Shown piece by piece: positions 62,401 to 64,000 of a stretch of 64,000 bases of DNA. Under the pieces are notes generated by a model, which saw nothing but the letters and a program-made list of their open reading frames with translations, had not been told where the DNA came from and ran no database searches. Each line of letters starts with the position of its first letter. Position 1 is the first letter of the stretch. The stretch is from Phoronis australis (lineage: Eukaryota > Animalia > Phoronida): NCBI GenBank assembly GCA_002633005.1, contig NMRA01000107.1, positions 807,872 through 871,871 of the forward strand. The letters are read 5' to 3'. Made by a program: the position numbers and the translations under genes.

Positions 62401-63126
62401 CCACTAGAGGGCACACCAGAAGTCGGGACCATCCGAAGTACGTCATCATCCATTTCATAGGAACATATCTGCCAAATCTTATCAAGATCCTGCAAGGGGT
62501 TTAGGAAATACAGCTGCGTACGCTGGATGCCTGAACACACAGAGATAATGCCAATATGCACCAATACCCGGTATGTGGACCCAGAAAAATCCACCCAGGA
62601 ACTCCGAAGACCCACAAGCAAATGCAAAAAAAAAAATAAAATTACAACTAAGGCCAGGACGGAGGACACTTCAGTCAGAAATGTATGCTGCCAACTTCAA
62701 AGGAACACAACAGCCAAATCTCAAGATAACGCACCAACATGGGGTGCAAACTTTCCACTAAGGGGCATATAAAAAGAGAACAGGTCCGACAGCCTCACTA
62801 GTATTCACAACTTTTGACAAGCATGGTTTACCTTACTCAGCAGCAGTAAGCTGCAATTTAAGGACAACTGCAGTCCCCAACACTTCACAGGACTGCAGAA
62901 CATTGTGGCATTAATTAAAGTGACATGGTTACAATCAAACTCCTGCTCAAGCACTACAATCTAGTTGAGAAAACTGATTTTTCTTACCTTTGGATAGTCC
63001 ATGTTAAAAAATGTTTCTAAATTTTCATATAAATTAGTATCTACTCCCAGAAGAGGCTTGAGTATGGAAACACCAGGTAGATCCGATTTCTCTGACACAA
63101 CTGTTTTCCTGTGAAGCCTCCATTTT
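47284..63126 (-). CDS. UGCG: Ceramide glucosyltransferase (glucosylceramide synthase, GT21), spliced, first exon outside window
   Basis: Exons 62988-63126, 60404-60506, 59497-59598, 56408-56520, 55670-55848, 49294-49380, 48653-48842, 47284-47463. GT-AG, phases consistent. Motifs [30 protein letters not shown], RxxRW, EPxSE. Confidence 0.97.
48653..48842 (-). CDS. UGCG: UGCG exon
   Basis: cctgtag|[64 protein letters not shown]|gtaagt. Confidence 0.96.
49294..49380 (-). CDS. UGCG: UGCG exon
   Basis: tcttcag|[31 protein letters not shown]|gtgagg. Confidence 0.96.
50215..51642 (-). mobile_element. Kolobok-like DNA transposon with THAP-domain remnant
   Basis: TTAA on both flanks; TIR AGGAGAATGCCACCC / GGGTGACATTCTCCT; minus-strand QCIVPAY...[16 protein letters not shown]...[14 protein letters not shown] (THAP-like, frameshifted). 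Confidence 0.8.
53311..54260 (-). mobile_element. Second (internally deleted) copy of the Kolobok-like THAP element
   Basis: TTAA flanks, perfect 15-bp TIR AGGAGAATGCCACCC, THAP remnant at 53916-54101. Confidence 0.8.
54585..54812 (+). mobile_element. Helentron-associated (HINE/DINE-1-like) non-autonomous element, 3' part
   Basis: AAATTGCCACTAGGGGGCAC block, (GGAC)n microsatellite, terminal hairpin ATGCGTCCACATAT-AA-ATATGTGGGCGCAT, then an A-run. Confidence 0.6.
55670..55848 (-). CDS. UGCG: UGCG exon
   Basis: ctttcag|[61 protein letters not shown]|gtggat. Confidence 0.97.
56408..56520 (-). CDS. UGCG: UGCG exon
   Basis: tttttag|(M)[37 protein letters not shown]|gtaagt. Confidence 0.96.
59497..59598 (-). 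CDS. UGCG: UGCG exon
   Basis: ttcacag|[35 protein letters not shown]|gtaagt. Confidence 0.96.
60404..60506 (-). CDS. UGCG: UGCG exon
   Basis: ttttccag|[35 protein letters not shown]|gtaagt. Confidence 0.96.
61307..62772 (+). mobile_element. HINE/DINE-1-like element with internal degenerate tandem repeats
   Basis: Starts AACAAGAGCACCGC; repeated CCACTAGG(T/G)GGC and AAGTTTCA...GATACAG blocks; ends with a hairpin and GGGGCATATAAA. Confidence 0.5.
62988..63126 (-). CDS. UGCG: UGCG exon
   Basis: [46 protein letters not shown]|gtaaga. Confidence 0.96.
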
Positions 63127-64000
63127 CTGAAAAACAATAATCATGGATTAACCTAAAAGTCAATGCACAATAGATAATAGCCAGAGTTCTGTGGATTCTA
63201 AGAATAGTAGAACTCACAGGCTACCTTTATTAGGTCCAAGGATTGAATTCTTAAAATACCTTTTCAAGTAGTATTTGTACAACCATAAAACTATACACAT
63301 GTATATATTTTTACTTGGCGAAATAAATTTCGCCCAGTATGTTGCTCTTCCACTAAGTTTGTTTTTTTTCTTCCGCCAAGTATGTTGGTCTGACAGCAAG
63401 TTTTTTTTTTTTTTTGTTTGTTCGCTCGAAATTTGCAAACAACGTGTAGATCGGGAACTGCTAGAACGTTATTGTTTTTGGTCACGATCGGATACAAAAT
63501 GGCGGACGTGGCGGCCATTTTGTATCCGATTTCACAGTCAAATACTCGTAGAGGCCGCATTTTTCGACCTACATGGCTGAAAATCGGTACGAATATACTA
63601 AAACGCATGTGCTACAAGTGTGCAGAAAATCGTTGACTTCCGGTTCAAGCTGGCGGAAATATTGGACGTGGCGCATGCGCACCCCGAAATATGGCTAAAA
63701 ATGTTTTCTCCTGTAGAGGGTGCATTTGCAAACCAATCACTTTCAAACTGGTCACGTGTTTGTTGAGTTTAATAAGCTTTTATAAAAAATTATTGAACCG
63801 GAAATCACTTTCAAGATGGCGGCTGTGGGGCATGTTCACACGGTTTCAATCGCTCTGGTGTCGCATTTTTTATGGGAAGAGCAAATGACGTGAATTTTTG
63901 CATGTGGATTCCTTGAAGTATGGCCTTTCAAAAAGTCTGCGAGAGCGTATTTCTCAGACTTACCGTTTTCGAGTTATTTGACTTTGAATTTCAAAAAAAA

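Overview
AT-rich (about 38-40% GC by eye), repeat-dense, intron-rich eukaryotic DNA, most consistent with an invertebrate animal. Two spliced protein-coding genes, both on the minus strand, were reconstructed by hand from GT-AG junctions with consistent phases. (1) A secreted M12B/ADAMTS-like (MIG-17-like) zinc metalloprotease: 15 exons, 33558 to 569, about 565 aa. It has a signal peptide, prodomain, RERR furin site, HELGHNLGADHD, Met-turn and a disintegrin-like Cys-rich domain, followed by tandemly duplicated Ser/Thr mucin-like exons rather than thrombospondin repeats. Its 3' end is unresolved. (2) Ceramide glucosyltransferase (UGCG): 8 exons, 63126 to 47284; the first exon lies beyond the window. 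Introns and intergenic DNA contain a decayed Gmr1-like Gypsy element (PR-INT-RT order), Harbinger-type Myb/SANT remnants with nested MITEs, Kolobok-like TTAA/THAP elements, Helentron-associated repeats, a possible decayed KDZ transposase and a minimal hammerhead ribozyme motif. One MITE sits in opposite orientations at the same site of two host copies. Two near-identical tandem duplications next to single Ns look like uncollapsed haplotypes. No CRISPR array, rRNA or intact tRNA was seen. Family assignments come from remembered motifs, not database searches.
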